In this document: positions 9,564-20,841 of the stretch, piece by piece
Position numbering within the stretch: position 1 is the first letter of the stretch
Layout: each line of letters opens with the position of its first letter
Virus record (IMG/VR): IMGVR_UViG_3300020084_000003
Location: 62,001-126,000 of that record
DNA: 64,000 bases
Direction: 5' to 3' (one strand)
Notes under the pieces: generated by a model
Databases searched by the model: none
Told to the model about the DNA's origin: nothing
What the model saw: the letters and a program-made list of their open reading frames with translations, nothing else
Translations under genes and position numbers: made by a program

Positions 9564-12500
9564 ATGGGATTAAACACTGACTTAAATGCTGCTCCATACT
9601 TCAATGATTATGATGAAGATAAGAACTATCATCACATATTGTTCAAGCCAAATGTTGCTATTCAAGCAAGAGAACTTACACAATTACAATCTATTCTTCA
9701 ACAGCAAGTAGAGCGTTTTGGTGATAATATTCTTCAAAAAGGAACCATCGTAAAAGGTGGCAACTTCTTTGACTTTAAAAATCTTCCATACGTAAAAATT
9801 TCTGATAACTATGTTAATGTCAATGCTGTTAACATGAAGAGCTTTGATGGTGCATCATTAAGGGGTGTTAACTCAGGTGTTACTGCTATTGTTAGAACAT
9901 TCGTTGAAGGAAGTTCAAGCATGGCTCCAAACCTGAATACTCTATATGTCAAATATACCGGAAGCGGTCTAGACGGTAATGGCAGAGATATTAAAAACTT
10001 CATCCCCGGTGAGGTTTTGGAAGTTTCTATTGGAAATATCGTTCAGCCTGACATTTCAGTTTCAGTAGTTTCTTTTGGCGTCGATCCAAACCCAATCGGT
10101 TTTGGTTACGCAGTTTCATGCGGTGACGGTGTTATTTACCAGAAGGGCCACTTTGTAAGATTTGAAAATCAAATTACAGTAATATCAAAATACGACAACA
10201 AACCAGATGGCGTTGTAGTAGGTTTTATTACAGAAGAAGAAATAATAACAGCAGAGGATGACAACTCATTATACAATAACTCCGGTGGTTTTATTAACCA
10301 AAATACACCGGGCGCAGACAGAATGAAGTTGACCCCGAAGCTGATTGTATATCTAAAAGAAGATGCTATAAATGACGAGAATTTCTTGTCAATTCAAGAA
10401 TACCAAGAAGGTCGTCTTGTTAGAAGAAATGTGGAAACACAATTCAACTCCATTTCAAAAGAATTGGAGAAAAGAACATTTGACGAATCAGGTAACTATA
10501 GCGTAACTGGATACAACATAACAATGGGTGATGAGGATGACAAGAGCAAACTAGAATTGCGCGTCAGCCCCGGCATTTCTTATGTTAACGGTAAAAGAGT
10601 GGAAACTGTAGGTCGTTACGATGTTGAAATAGACAAAGCTACAGAATTTAGCTCAGTATACAACCAAGACATTCTTGCCAACTACGGTAATTTCATCTAT
10701 GTTAATAACGTAGTGGGCGCATTCCCTCTAGATGAACTTAAAACCGTAAACCTTAGAAGTGAACCACAAATAGCGAGTTCTATAGTTGGCTTTACACCAG
10801 CAGGAACAGTCATAGGAACCGCCAGAGTTCTATCATATGATATGGAAAGCAACAATCTCTATAGAGTTTATTTGTTTGATATCAAAATGACAGGCACTAA
10901 CGTATTTTCTTCTGTAAGATCAATTCACTCTACAGAAGCAGGATTTGTTGGTTTCGGAAACGTAATTCTTGAATCTTCAAGAGCGGTCCTTAAAGATACC
11001 AATTTCAGAAGTTTGATATTCCCTCTAGGTCATAGTGCCGTCAAAGAAGTTATTACTGACAATACTGATTATGTTTACAGAAAAAGAACAAACATTTCTG
11101 TCGGCACAACTGGTTCATTCACAATAACTGCTTCTGGTGACGAATCATTCCCCTACAGCGCGGGTTCTGCTCTAACATCTGATTCAATCAGAGATATAAT
11201 TGCGACTAACGCGACCACTGGTGTAAGATATAATATAACTTCTGCATCTGTCGATCCTTCTGGCACAGTTCTAACATTGAATATCGGTGCATTGGGTTCA
11301 AGCCAATCAGTCAACGTTGTATACAACATCAAAAAATTGAAAGTTAGACCTACCGGTAAAATACTTAAAACAGTATACCTTAGAATTAACGCAAACAACC
11401 ACGTCACAGGACCATACTCATTGGGATGGCCTGACGTTCATTCCATTGAAGGAATATGGAGAGGCGCTAACTCTACATTTACTGAAAACTCAACCGGCTT
11501 GACAAACGTCACATCAAACTTTACTTTGCATAGAAATGACAATGATATGTATTATGGCATATCCTTCATAAAGAAGAAAAATGCATATACCATAGCAAAT
11601 ACTGACAGATTCCTTGTCAAAGCTAAAGTTTTTGTCAAAGAAACCACCGGTTCATTCTCACAATCTTTCTTCTGTGTCAACAGCTATCCGGTTGATGATA
11701 ACAGTGAAGTATTGCCGAACGACAAGATAAGAACAGAGCATATTCCAAATGATCTAAGAGATGTAATTGATTTCAGACCGTATGCTGCAAATACTGCAAA
11801 CTATGCAGAAAGTGCAACCTCTGGTGTTTCAACGCAAACATCTACCAACTTGATGAATACCTTGAATTTCCAAGGCAATATGTTCATGGCTGCTCCAAAT
11901 AGATCAGTTGAAACTTCTTATAGCTACTACTTGGCTAGAAGAGACAGACTTATTATAAATGACAAAGGTGAATTTTCTGTTATAAAAGGCGAAAACTCTG
12001 TAAATCCGACCTACCCACAAGAGCCAGCAAGATCAATGACTGTTGCAAGAATAACTGTTCCTGCATTCCCTTCATTGTCTCCTTCTGTTGCTTCTAGAAG
12101 TGGATACCCTGAATATGGTGTAAAGGTTGACATGGACAATAACAGACGTTATACCATGAGCGACATTCAAAGAATAGAAGATAGAATTGGAAATATAGAA
12201 TATTATACAATTCTTAACGCTTTGGAAAAAAGCGCAGAAGATATGGTTATCCAAGATAGCGACGGTCTAAACCGCTTTAAGAATGGTATATTCGTAGATA
12301 ACTTTGATAATATGCTAACCTGTGAAGTAAAAGACCCAGATTTCTCCGCATCGGTCGATTCTGGCGAATCTGCACTATACCCAAGATTTAGAGCATATAA
12401 TTTGGAATTTGCAACACCTACTACTTCTGGTGGAACAGTTCTTAACAACAATACCGTTGCGTCAATGCGTTTCAACAATGTCATAATGGAGCAACAAACA

Positions 12501-15134
12501 TTTGCCACAAAATATAGAAGCTGCGTTACTGACTTCTATAGCTTTGAAGGCGTTGGTGTTTGCTATCCAGAATATGATAACGGATATGACGAAACATATG
12601 CACCAGATATTAACATAAACATAGACTTGGCTGGTGCATTCACAGAATTCACATCCGCGCTGAGTGAGTTTGTCCCTCTTACAACCAAGAATGTCAAAAC
12701 TTTGACAAACTCTACAAATTTGGGAACAACCACCACAACAAATACTGTTAATAGCAGAGCAACTAGAACAAGCACTACCACTGTTACTTCTACCACTAAA
12801 ACAGAAGTCACAAATAAAACAACTACAAATACATCTAGCTTGCAACAAAAATCTACAACTAATACAGACAAGGTTGGGGATTTCATCACCAATATGTCCA
12901 TAAGCCCATTCTTGAGAGCTAATGAAATTAGAGTTGCCTTTGCCGGATTAAGACCAAATACTCGCTTCTGGGTATGGTTTGACGGCAAGCCAATAACTGA
13001 TAGATGCGCTATGGCGTCATTTAGAAGCGATGATAGAGATAATGTTGCAAGAATAATTAGAACAGCAAAATGGGGAACAACCATTAAATCAGATGCAAGT
13101 GGTGAACTTGTTTTCATGATTGATTTGCCGGGCGAGACTTTCTATGTCGGTGACAGAGAAATCCTAGTAATGGATGTTGATAGCATTATTTCAAATGATG
13201 CCGCAACATCTACTGGTGTTGTTACTTACAGAGGCTTCAACTTTAGTGTTGAAAAAACTGGCCTAGAAATGTCAACCAGAACTCCAACATTCGATGTTGC
13301 TAAAACTAGAAATGTTTCTGTAAACAAGAAAATTGTAACTACTCAGCAAGTGACTAAAACAACTGCGGCGTTCGATCCTATTGCACAGACATTTGTTGTA
13401 GACGAATCATACACCAATAGCGACTCATTGATGATAACAAAGGTTGACGTTGCGTTCAATAGAAAAAGTGCCGATAAAGGTATAACATTGCAAGTTAGAA
13501 AAACTGTTAATGGATATCCTAGCGATGAGGTATTGCCTTTCGGTAGCGTAAGATTGAACCCATCCAGCGTTAATGTTTCAGCTAATGGGTCTGCATGGAC
13601 TACTTTCACCTTCAAGTCACCGATTACATTGGCGGCAGGCGAGAGCTACTGTATTGTCCTTCTTCCAGATGGCAATTCACCTGATTATCTAATTTATTGT
13701 GCCAAAACAGGTCAAACCGACCTTAGAACTGGAACAAGAATTACATCTGACGTTAATTTGGGAACACTATTTACTTCCACAAATAACATGGCATGGACAC
13801 CATACCAAGATGAAAACTTGACTTTCAGAATCTATAAAGCTCAATATACCGATAATAGTGGCGATTTGTTCTTCAACTTGAAAGATTATGAATTCTTCAA
13901 TATTGGTTCATATACTGGTAAATTCAGAAGAGGCGAGACTGCATTTGTGGTTAAAGCCAACGCTGCTGGAACCATAAGCACAACAAATGGTTCTCCTGTC
14001 GTAACTGGAACCGGCACAAGCTTCACCAGCTTGTTTGCTCTAGGTGATTATATTGCAATTCATAACTCTACTTCTTCAACTTATGACGTTGCTAGAATTT
14101 CTGCTATTGCAAACAACACATCTATGACTTTGGATGAGGTTATGAAGGACAACAGAACAGGTAGAAACTATTTCAGAACTGTTGCGGGTAAAGTTGATTA
14201 TTTCAACACCCAAGCACCTGAAAAATTGTTCTTGAAAGATTCTAATGCCAAAGACGGCACCGTTTTTGCTAACGGAGATACTGTCAGAGGCGAATCAAGC
14301 AACGCTACTGCTGTTATTTCAAATATCTCAAATCTTCCTATCAGTCATTATCAGGCTAATATATACAGAACAAACTTTGATAATACTGAAACAAGATTGT
14401 TCTTGGATACGCAGACAAACGTAAGCGGAACCAGAAGCGTAGTCAACTTGGTAAATGAATTTGGTGAAAATAACAGACTAGGTAATATGCCAACTGTCGT
14501 TAAGAGTAGAAGCAGAGAAATAACCGAAGACAACGGTGCAAGATCATTGAGATTTAGAGTAAATCTTTCAATGAGCGGTTCAGGTCCATACTATGTATCG
14601 CCTATCGTTGACTATGATATTTCCGGTGTTACCTTGTTTGAATATTTAATAAATCCAACAAGCACTGCGGTTGCTGCCAGTGAAAGGTTCTCAGGCGGCG
14701 ATTCCATGACTAAGCATATTTCCAAAAAGGTTACATTGCGAGATGGTTTGGATGCAGAAGACTTGAAAGTTTGGCTAACTGCGTATAGACCACCAGAGAC
14801 AGAAATTTCTGTTTATGTTAAGTTTATATCCGACATTGACCAAACTCCATTGTCAGAAATTCCTTGGACTAGATTGAATATAAGAGACAACCAAAATCTA
14901 AGATCATCTACAACCAATTTGGAAGATTATCGTGAGATTGAATTTAGTCTTGGAAGCACAAACCTTGGAAATAACGGCGGTGCTTTCTTGAACAACGGAG
15001 ATTTCAGATATCTTGGCAGAAGTGGTGAAGTCTACGAGAACTACAAGCATTTCATAATAAAAATAGTTATGAACAGCACAGGACAGCACAGGATACCTAA
15101 AGTCAAAGATATTCGCGCCATCGCACTAACTTAA
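9564..15134 (+). CDS. VrlC-like (DUF4815-type) large virion structural protein, copy 1
   Basis: N-terminal DLNAAPYFNDYDEDKNYHHILFKP..QARELTQLQ, RTFDESGNY, RRYTMSDI, RFKNGIFVDNF and C-terminal PKVKDIRAIALT. Confidence 0.8.
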   Translation: MGLNTDLNAAPYFNDYDEDKNYHHILFKPNVAIQARELTQLQSILQQQVERFGDNILQKGTIVKGGNFFDFKNLPYVKISDNYVNVNAVNMKSFDGASLRGVNSGVTAIVRTFVEGSSSMAPNLNTLYVKYTGSGLDGNGRDIKNFIPGEVLEVSIGNIVQPDISVSVVSFGVDPNPIGFGYAVSCGDGVIYQKGHFVRFENQITVISKYDNKPDGVVVGFITEEEIITAEDDNSLYNNSGGFINQNTPGADRMKLTPKLIVYLKEDAINDENFLSIQEYQEGRLVRRNVETQFNSISKELEKRTFDESGNYSVTGYNITMGDEDDKSKLELRVSPGISYVNGKRVETVGRYDVEIDKATEFSSVYNQDILANYGNFIYVNNVVGAFPLDELKTVNLRSEPQIASSIVGFTPAGTVIGTARVLSYDMESNNLYRVYLFDIKMTGTNVFSSVRSIHSTEAGFVGFGNVILESSRAVLKDTNFRSLIFPLGHSAVKEVITDNTDYVYRKRTNISVGTTGSFTITASGDESFPYSAGSALTSDSIRDIIATNATTGVRYNITSASVDPSGTVLTLNIGALGSSQSVNVVYNIKKLKVRPTGKILKTVYLRINANNHVTGPYSLGWPDVHSIEGIWRGANSTFTENSTGLTNVTSNFTLHRNDNDMYYGISFIKKKNAYTIANTDRFLVKAKVFVKETTGSFSQSFFCVNSYPVDDNSEVLPNDKIRTEHIPNDLRDVIDFRPYAANTANYAESATSGVSTQTSTNLMNTLNFQGNMFMAAPNRSVETSYSYYLARRDRLIINDKGEFSVIKGENSVNPTYPQEPARSMTVARITVPAFPSLSPSVASRSGYPEYGVKVDMDNNRRYTMSDIQRIEDRIGNIEYYTILNALEKSAEDMVIQDSDGLNRFKNGIFVDNFDNMLTCEVKDPDFSASVDSGESALYPRFRAYNLEFATPTTSGGTVLNNNTVASMRFNNVIMEQQTFATKYRSCVTDFYSFEGVGVCYPEYDNGYDETYAPDININIDLAGAFTEFTSALSEFVPLTTKNVKTLTNSTNLGTTTTTNTVNSRATRTSTTTVTSTTKTEVTNKTTTNTSSLQQKSTTNTDKVGDFITNMSISPFLRANEIRVAFAGLRPNTRFWVWFDGKPITDRCAMASFRSDDRDNVARIIRTAKWGTTIKSDASGELVFMIDLPGETFYVGDREILVMDVDSIISNDAATSTGVVTYRGFNFSVEKTGLEMSTRTPTFDVAKTRNVSVNKKIVTTQQVTKTTAAFDPIAQTFVVDESYTNSDSLMITKVDVAFNRKSADKGITLQVRKTVNGYPSDEVLPFGSVRLNPSSVNVSANGSAWTTFTFKSPITLAAGESYCIVLLPDGNSPDYLIYCAKTGQTDLRTGTRITSDVNLGTLFTSTNNMAWTPYQDENLTFRIYKAQYTDNSGDLFFNLKDYEFFNIGSYTGKFRRGETAFVVKANAAGTISTTNGSPVVTGTGTSFTSLFALGDYIAIHNSTSSTYDVARISAIANNTSMTLDEVMKDNRTGRNYFRTVAGKVDYFNTQAPEKLFLKDSNAKDGTVFANGDTVRGESSNATAVISNISNLPISHYQANIYRTNFDNTETRLFLDTQTNVSGTRSVVNLVNEFGENNRLGNMPTVVKSRSREITEDNGARSLRFRVNLSMSGSGPYYVSPIVDYDISGVTLFEYLINPTSTAVAASERFSGGDSMTKHISKKVTLRDGLDAEDLKVWLTAYRPPETEISVYVKFISDIDQTPLSEIPWTRLNIRDNQNLRSSTTNLEDYREIEFSLGSTNLGNNGGAFLNNGDFRYLGRSGEVYENYKHFIIKIVMNSTGQHRIPKVKDIRAIALT

Positions 15135-15160
15135 AAAATGGGGGTTCAGCCCCCATTTTT
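15134..15160 (+). terminator. Intrinsic terminator after VrlC-like copy 1
   Basis: AAAAATGGGGG-TTCAG-CCCCCATTTTT hairpin with T-run. Confidence 0.8.
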
Positions 15161-15172
15161 GATTCTGTGGCT

Positions 15173-15180
15173 TATAAATA
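15173..15180 (+). promoter_or_regulatory. Late promoter for VrlC-like copy 2
   Basis: Exact intergenic TATAAATA. Confidence 0.8.
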
Positions 15181-15216
15181 ATCAGACATGTAATAACAAT
15201 AATTTAGGACTATACT

Positions 15217-18200
15217 ATGCCATTAGAGACTGATCTAAATGTTCAACCATACCTTAATGATTATGACGAAGAAAAGAATTATCACAAAATTCTTTTCAAA
15301 GAATCAAACCAATTACAAAGCAGAGAGTTAAACCAACTACAACAAATCCTTCAAGGTCAAATTGAAAGATTTGGTGAAACTGTATTGGAAAGAGGTTCTA
15401 TCGTTCAAGGTGGTAACTTTTACGATTATAAAAAGTTGGCTTATGTTAAAATATCAGATAACAACACCAATAAACAGCCGATAGTAATTGAAAACTATAA
15501 CGGTGCAACTCTTCGCGGTGAAAATAGCGGAGTTATGGCTATAGTAATTACTAATGTTTCTGGTTACGAATCAAAATCACCAGACCTTAACACACTATAT
15601 GTCAGATATACACAAACAGGTCAGGACGCATTCGGAACAGACATTAAAAGATTTATTCCCGGTGAAACTCTGATAGCATATAAAAACAACGAAAGAGTTC
15701 CTGAACTAGATGTTAACGTTGCAACTTTTGGTGTAGATTCCAATCCACTAGGTGACGGTTATGGCGTTTCTTGTGGAGAAGGTATTTTATTTCAAAAAGG
15801 ATATTTCACTCAGTTTGGGCAGCAAATTGTCATAGTTTCAAAATACAATACTAATCCTCACAGAGTGAGTGTTGGTTTTGTTACAGAAGAAACAATTACC
15901 AACTTTAACGCAGATGTGTCTTTAAGAGACAATGCAATTGGTAGCAGAAACTTCAACGCTCCGGGTGCAGATAGAATAAAATTGACACCAACTCTTGTTG
16001 TTTACAGCAAAGAGCAAGCTGATGAAGATGACAATTTCCTTCCAATTCAAGAATATGAAAACGGTCTTCTGGTTAGCAAGCGCACTGGAACATCTTTTAG
16101 CGAATCATTGACTAAATCCATATCCAACAGAACATACGAAGAATCAGGCAACTATACTATAATCGGGCATGTCCCGCAAATAGTTTCTGCGCCGGGATCG
16201 GACAATACCCCCGCATTGGTAATAAATCCGGGTGTGTCTTATGTTAATGGAAGACGAGTAGAAACAATCGAAAAAATATATATTGATTTGAATGCCGTCA
16301 CAGATAATGATGGAAATCAAATTGGTCAAATAAGCACTGCAATGGGCGGATACGTAAACTGCGGTGTTGTTCTAGGTAATGCCGCATTGGCAGAATCCAA
16401 AGCTTTAGTGAATTTGAGAGATGCAGTTCAGGTCAACGTCAACTCCCCTCTTGGCTCTGTCATAGGGACAGCAAATTATATTCAATACGAAAATGTTGAA
16501 AATGGAAACAAGCGCCTGTATCTAACAAACATAAGAATGAATACTGGAAGAAGTTTTTCAGAAACTAGAAGTCTAGAAACACCCACTTTCTTGGCTAACT
16601 TGATTTTGGAATCTGGAAAAGCTGTATATAAAGAAGCATCCAAGTCATCATTACTATTCAGAGCAAATGCCAGTGATATTAGCAATATTACTCTTCCTGT
16701 TTCATACCAATCTTATATGACAGGATTGTTCACTGCCAGCGGCGCAGGAACAATATCAACTACTTTGCAAGCAGGGTTTTCTTTCCCATATGAAAATGGG
16801 GCAACATTGAGCGATGCTCAGTTGAGAGAAATAACAATAATAGGAGAAACTGCCCCACAAACCGGAACCCCAACCTACGGTTCCGTGTCGAGTGATGGTG
16901 CGACTTTGACATTAAACGTTACTCAAATTTATGATGCTGGTGCAGCGGTCAACGCTCTTATTCCAGTTGTCGTCACTTTGAATAATATAGAAACAAAAAC
17001 ACTGTCAACAGTTTATATGAAAATAAACCCTAATGGTATGGCTAACAACACAGCTTTCTTCTTGGGATGGCCTGACGTTCATTCTATTGAAGGAATATGG
17101 AGAGGCGCTAACACCACATTCACTGAAAACTCAACCGGCTTGACAAATGTCACCGATAAATTTGTTTTGGATAAAAATAAGACTCCAACATATTATGGAA
17201 CATCTTTAATAAGAAAGAAAACTGGATATACCATAACAAACTCTGATAGATTTCTGGTTAAAGCAAAAGTATTCAGAAGAGTTGCGCCTAATTTGAAGAC
17301 ATTCTCTGCGATCACTAGCTATCCTATTAATGATACCATAACAACTTTACCGGCCACTAGCATTAGAAGCAATGAATTGGACGAGGATACCAGAACATCT
17401 TTCGATTTCAGATTGTATGTGTCCAATGCTGCGGCGTATTCCACGACTGCGGGTTCCGCTACTATTGCCACAAGCGCATCACAATTGAATGGAACAACCA
17501 TAGAAAATAGTATGGTTTTGCCTAAAGTAAATTCTACTATCAATCTAGGGTTTGAATATAAATTCCCAAGAATTGATAGCTTGATTATAAATGAAAAAGG
17601 CAATTTCTCAGTAAGAAGAGGCGTTCCATCTGAAAATCCAAAAGCTCCATATGTAGATGGAAAGAACATGGTTATTGCCAATGTTTATATCCCTACCGGC
17701 ACTCTTATGATGCCAAATACAGCTAAAAGATTGGGTATGGATGATAAGATAATAACCATAAATTCAAATATGAATAGACGCTATACGATGAGAGACATTG
17801 ATCGTATCAATGAAAGAGTTAACAATATTGAATACTACGCCATACTTTCAGCACTTGAAATGGAAACTGAAAACATGGTTGTCAAGGGTGCAGATGGTCT
17901 TGATAGATTTAAGAATGGTATATTCGTTGATAATTTCGAGACAATGCTTACTTGCGATGTTAAAAATCCAGATTTTGCTGCATCAGTAGATGCCAGCGAT
18001 GCATTGCTATATCCTGCGTTTAAAGCATATAACTTGGATTTGGAAATTGATAGTTTTAGCAGCAGCATCGAAGTGAATACAAACGGCGCGGCTTCTTTGA
18101 AATACAGAAGCGTCCTTCTGGATCAGCAACCAGTTGCGACAAAGTTCAGAAATTGCGTAACAGATTTTTATAATTTTACTGGAACAGGTTACATACATCC

Positions 18201-20841
18201 TGAATACGATTTTGGTTACGACGAAACTGTAGCTCCAACTATTAATAAAACAATTGACATGGTTGGTGCCTTTACTGAATTTACAGATAGGCTAAATGAG
18301 TTTGTTCCACTTAAAACTTCAACATCCACAACTACAAATAATAGCAAAGTAATTGATGTTAAGAAAAATACAAACACAACTACCAGTGTAAGTAACACTC
18401 GTTCCACTAGCACTACTACTGTGACTAGCACAACCAGAACAACTACAACTACTCAAAATACTGCTAAAACTGTAACAAATACAAAAGAATTGGTTAATAC
18501 CGGAACTAAGACAACCACTCAAAATGTCGGTAGTTTCATAACTGATGTTCAGTTCAGCCCGTATTTGAGAGAACAATTGCTGAGAGTAGTGTTCTTTGGA
18601 TTAAGACCAAATACAAGATTCTGGGCTTGGTTCGATAAACAACCAGTTAATGAATGGTGTGCGCCTGCCATAATGGAAGGTGACGACATTACAAAAGTAA
18701 AAAGAATTGGTGCATTTGGAAGTGCGCTAAGGTCCGATTCAAATGGTGAATTGGCTATAGTATTTTCTATTCCTAAATCAAAATTCTTTGTCGGTGACAG
18801 GGAGTTTATCGTGATCGACGTTGACGCAATGAATTCTGCGGACTCTGCAACTTCTAGATCATTGGTTACATTTAGAGGGTTTAACTACAGCATAGAAAAA
18901 ACTGGTTTGGAAGTATCAACCAGAATACCTACATTTGATGTTGCAAAAGCGAGAAGTGTTTCTACCTCAGTAACAACTTCTAGAAATACTACAGTAAATA
19001 CCACATCCACCAGCACCACAAGAGTTATTCCTGTAGTTGATGAAAGAGCGATATGGGGTGGTGACGGCGAAGGTCAAGACCCAATTTCTCAAACCTTCAC
19101 TGTTCCTTCTACTTTAACAGATTATCAAAATATAATGATAACTCATGTTGAAATACCGTTCAAAAAGAAGAGTAACAACAGAGGCATTACTTTGCAACTA
19201 AGAAAAACTGAAAACGGTTTTCCGGGTTCAGAGGTATTGGCGTTCGGTTCAGTTCGCGTCCCAAGCAGTTCAGTTTCAGTTTCTAATGATGGTTCTGCTT
19301 ACACCACATTTAAATTCAAGTCACCAGTATCTTTGAGTGCAGGCGAAAGCTACTGTATCGTATTGATGCCAGATGCAAACTCTCCTGACTATCAGGTATT
19401 TTGTGCAAAAACTGGTGAAATAGATTTGAGAACCGGAAACCGTGTTACATTCGATATTCACTCTGGAACACTCTTTACTTCAACAAATAACATGGCATGG
19501 ACTCCTTATCAAGATGAGAACATGGCATTCAAGATATACAGAGCCGAATATACTGAAAAGAATGGAACAGTAAATCTTAGAACCAAAAACTATGAATTTT
19601 TCAATTTGACCTCTCATGTTGGTGATTTCAAAAGAGGCGAAACTGCGTTTGTCATAAATACCTTCCTTGAAGGAAGTTTGACAACCACATCTGGTTCTAA
19701 TGTTGTTACTGCAAGCGGTATAGATTTAAGAAATATTTTCAAAGCTGGCGACCATGTTGCAATTTATAACAGAACAAATGATACTCATGATGTGTCAAGA
19801 GTTTCTTCTGTTATTAGTGCAACGTCAATGGCGCTGGATGAATACATGACCTTAGACATGACAGGCAGACAGTTCTTCAAGACTTTAGTTGGCACTGTAG
19901 ATTATTTCAATAAAAAAGAACCTGTAAGATTATTCTTGAAAGATTCTGTTGCAAAATCCAATATGGTATTCCAAGCAGGCCAAGCTATCAAGGGCGAAAG
20001 AAGTAATGCGGCGGCTATAATAGACGAGGTAATATCTCTTCCTCTAAGCTATTATCAGGCAGATATTCCAAAATTGGATTTAGTCAATACTTCAACAAAA
20101 TTGGATTTGATTAGACAGACAAACTCATCTGGCAGCATATCATCTATACAATCTTCACAACTGTTTGGTGACAATAACAGATTGTCTAACATGGACACAG
20201 TTATCAAAAGTAGAAGTCTTGAACTATCTCAAAACAATGGTGCAAGATCATTCGTATTGAGAACAACTCTATCTCTTGACGGCAATTCTCCATATACCGT
20301 TTCTCCTGCAATAGATCATTCTATTTCTGGTATAACAGCTTATGAGTATTTAATAAATGATTATACTGATGAAGTTTCTGAGAGCGAACATGGTGAAGAT
20401 GGATTGTCACAATCTAAATATATTTCGAAGGTAATCAACCTTAGAGAAGGTTTTGATGCCGAAGATTTGAACCTGTGGTTGACTGCATACAAACCAGCGA
20501 ATACTGAAATAAATGTTTATGTCAAATTCATTTCAGAAATTGATAACAGAGCGCCCACCGATATAGCATGGACTAAATTGGTATTGCAAGACAGTAGATC
20601 ATTTAGATCATCATCTACAAATACAAATGACTTCAAAGAATACGCATATAAAATACCTGTAGGCGGAAGTGAAAGTTCAATTGGAGCGTTCATAGATGAG
20701 GCTGGAAACTTCAAATACTACAATGCTGACGGCGGATTGTATGATAATTACAAACAGTTTATTGTAAAAATTATCATAAATTCCAAAGGTCAGAATTTTA
20801 TACCAACAGTGAAAGACGTAAGGGCTATAGCATTAACATGA
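15217..20841 (+). CDS. VrlC-like (DUF4815-type) large virion structural protein, copy 2 (paralog of 9564..15134)
   Basis: Colinear similarity to copy 1 from the N-terminus (DLNVQPYLNDYDEEKNYHKILFK) to the C-terminus (PTVKDVRAIALT). Confidence 0.8.
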   Translation: MPLETDLNVQPYLNDYDEEKNYHKILFKESNQLQSRELNQLQQILQGQIERFGETVLERGSIVQGGNFYDYKKLAYVKISDNNTNKQPIVIENYNGATLRGENSGVMAIVITNVSGYESKSPDLNTLYVRYTQTGQDAFGTDIKRFIPGETLIAYKNNERVPELDVNVATFGVDSNPLGDGYGVSCGEGILFQKGYFTQFGQQIVIVSKYNTNPHRVSVGFVTEETITNFNADVSLRDNAIGSRNFNAPGADRIKLTPTLVVYSKEQADEDDNFLPIQEYENGLLVSKRTGTSFSESLTKSISNRTYEESGNYTIIGHVPQIVSAPGSDNTPALVINPGVSYVNGRRVETIEKIYIDLNAVTDNDGNQIGQISTAMGGYVNCGVVLGNAALAESKALVNLRDAVQVNVNSPLGSVIGTANYIQYENVENGNKRLYLTNIRMNTGRSFSETRSLETPTFLANLILESGKAVYKEASKSSLLFRANASDISNITLPVSYQSYMTGLFTASGAGTISTTLQAGFSFPYENGATLSDAQLREITIIGETAPQTGTPTYGSVSSDGATLTLNVTQIYDAGAAVNALIPVVVTLNNIETKTLSTVYMKINPNGMANNTAFFLGWPDVHSIEGIWRGANTTFTENSTGLTNVTDKFVLDKNKTPTYYGTSLIRKKTGYTITNSDRFLVKAKVFRRVAPNLKTFSAITSYPINDTITTLPATSIRSNELDEDTRTSFDFRLYVSNAAAYSTTAGSATIATSASQLNGTTIENSMVLPKVNSTINLGFEYKFPRIDSLIINEKGNFSVRRGVPSENPKAPYVDGKNMVIANVYIPTGTLMMPNTAKRLGMDDKIITINSNMNRRYTMRDIDRINERVNNIEYYAILSALEMETENMVVKGADGLDRFKNGIFVDNFETMLTCDVKNPDFAASVDASDALLYPAFKAYNLDLEIDSFSSSIEVNTNGAASLKYRSVLLDQQPVATKFRNCVTDFYNFTGTGYIHPEYDFGYDETVAPTINKTIDMVGAFTEFTDRLNEFVPLKTSTSTTTNNSKVIDVKKNTNTTTSVSNTRSTSTTTVTSTTRTTTTTQNTAKTVTNTKELVNTGTKTTTQNVGSFITDVQFSPYLREQLLRVVFFGLRPNTRFWAWFDKQPVNEWCAPAIMEGDDITKVKRIGAFGSALRSDSNGELAIVFSIPKSKFFVGDREFIVIDVDAMNSADSATSRSLVTFRGFNYSIEKTGLEVSTRIPTFDVAKARSVSTSVTTSRNTTVNTTSTSTTRVIPVVDERAIWGGDGEGQDPISQTFTVPSTLTDYQNIMITHVEIPFKKKSNNRGITLQLRKTENGFPGSEVLAFGSVRVPSSSVSVSNDGSAYTTFKFKSPVSLSAGESYCIVLMPDANSPDYQVFCAKTGEIDLRTGNRVTFDIHSGTLFTSTNNMAWTPYQDENMAFKIYRAEYTEKNGTVNLRTKNYEFFNLTSHVGDFKRGETAFVINTFLEGSLTTTSGSNVVTASGIDLRNIFKAGDHVAIYNRTNDTHDVSRVSSVISATSMALDEYMTLDMTGRQFFKTLVGTVDYFNKKEPVRLFLKDSVAKSNMVFQAGQAIKGERSNAAAIIDEVISLPLSYYQADIPKLDLVNTSTKLDLIRQTNSSGSISSIQSSQLFGDNNRLSNMDTVIKSRSLELSQNNGARSFVLRTTLSLDGNSPYTVSPAIDHSISGITAYEYLINDYTDEVSESEHGEDGLSQSKYISKVINLREGFDAEDLNLWLTAYKPANTEINVYVKFISEIDNRAPTDIAWTKLVLQDSRSFRSSSTNTNDFKEYAYKIPVGGSESSIGAFIDEAGNFKYYNADGGLYDNYKQFIVKIIINSKGQNFIPTVKDVRAIALT

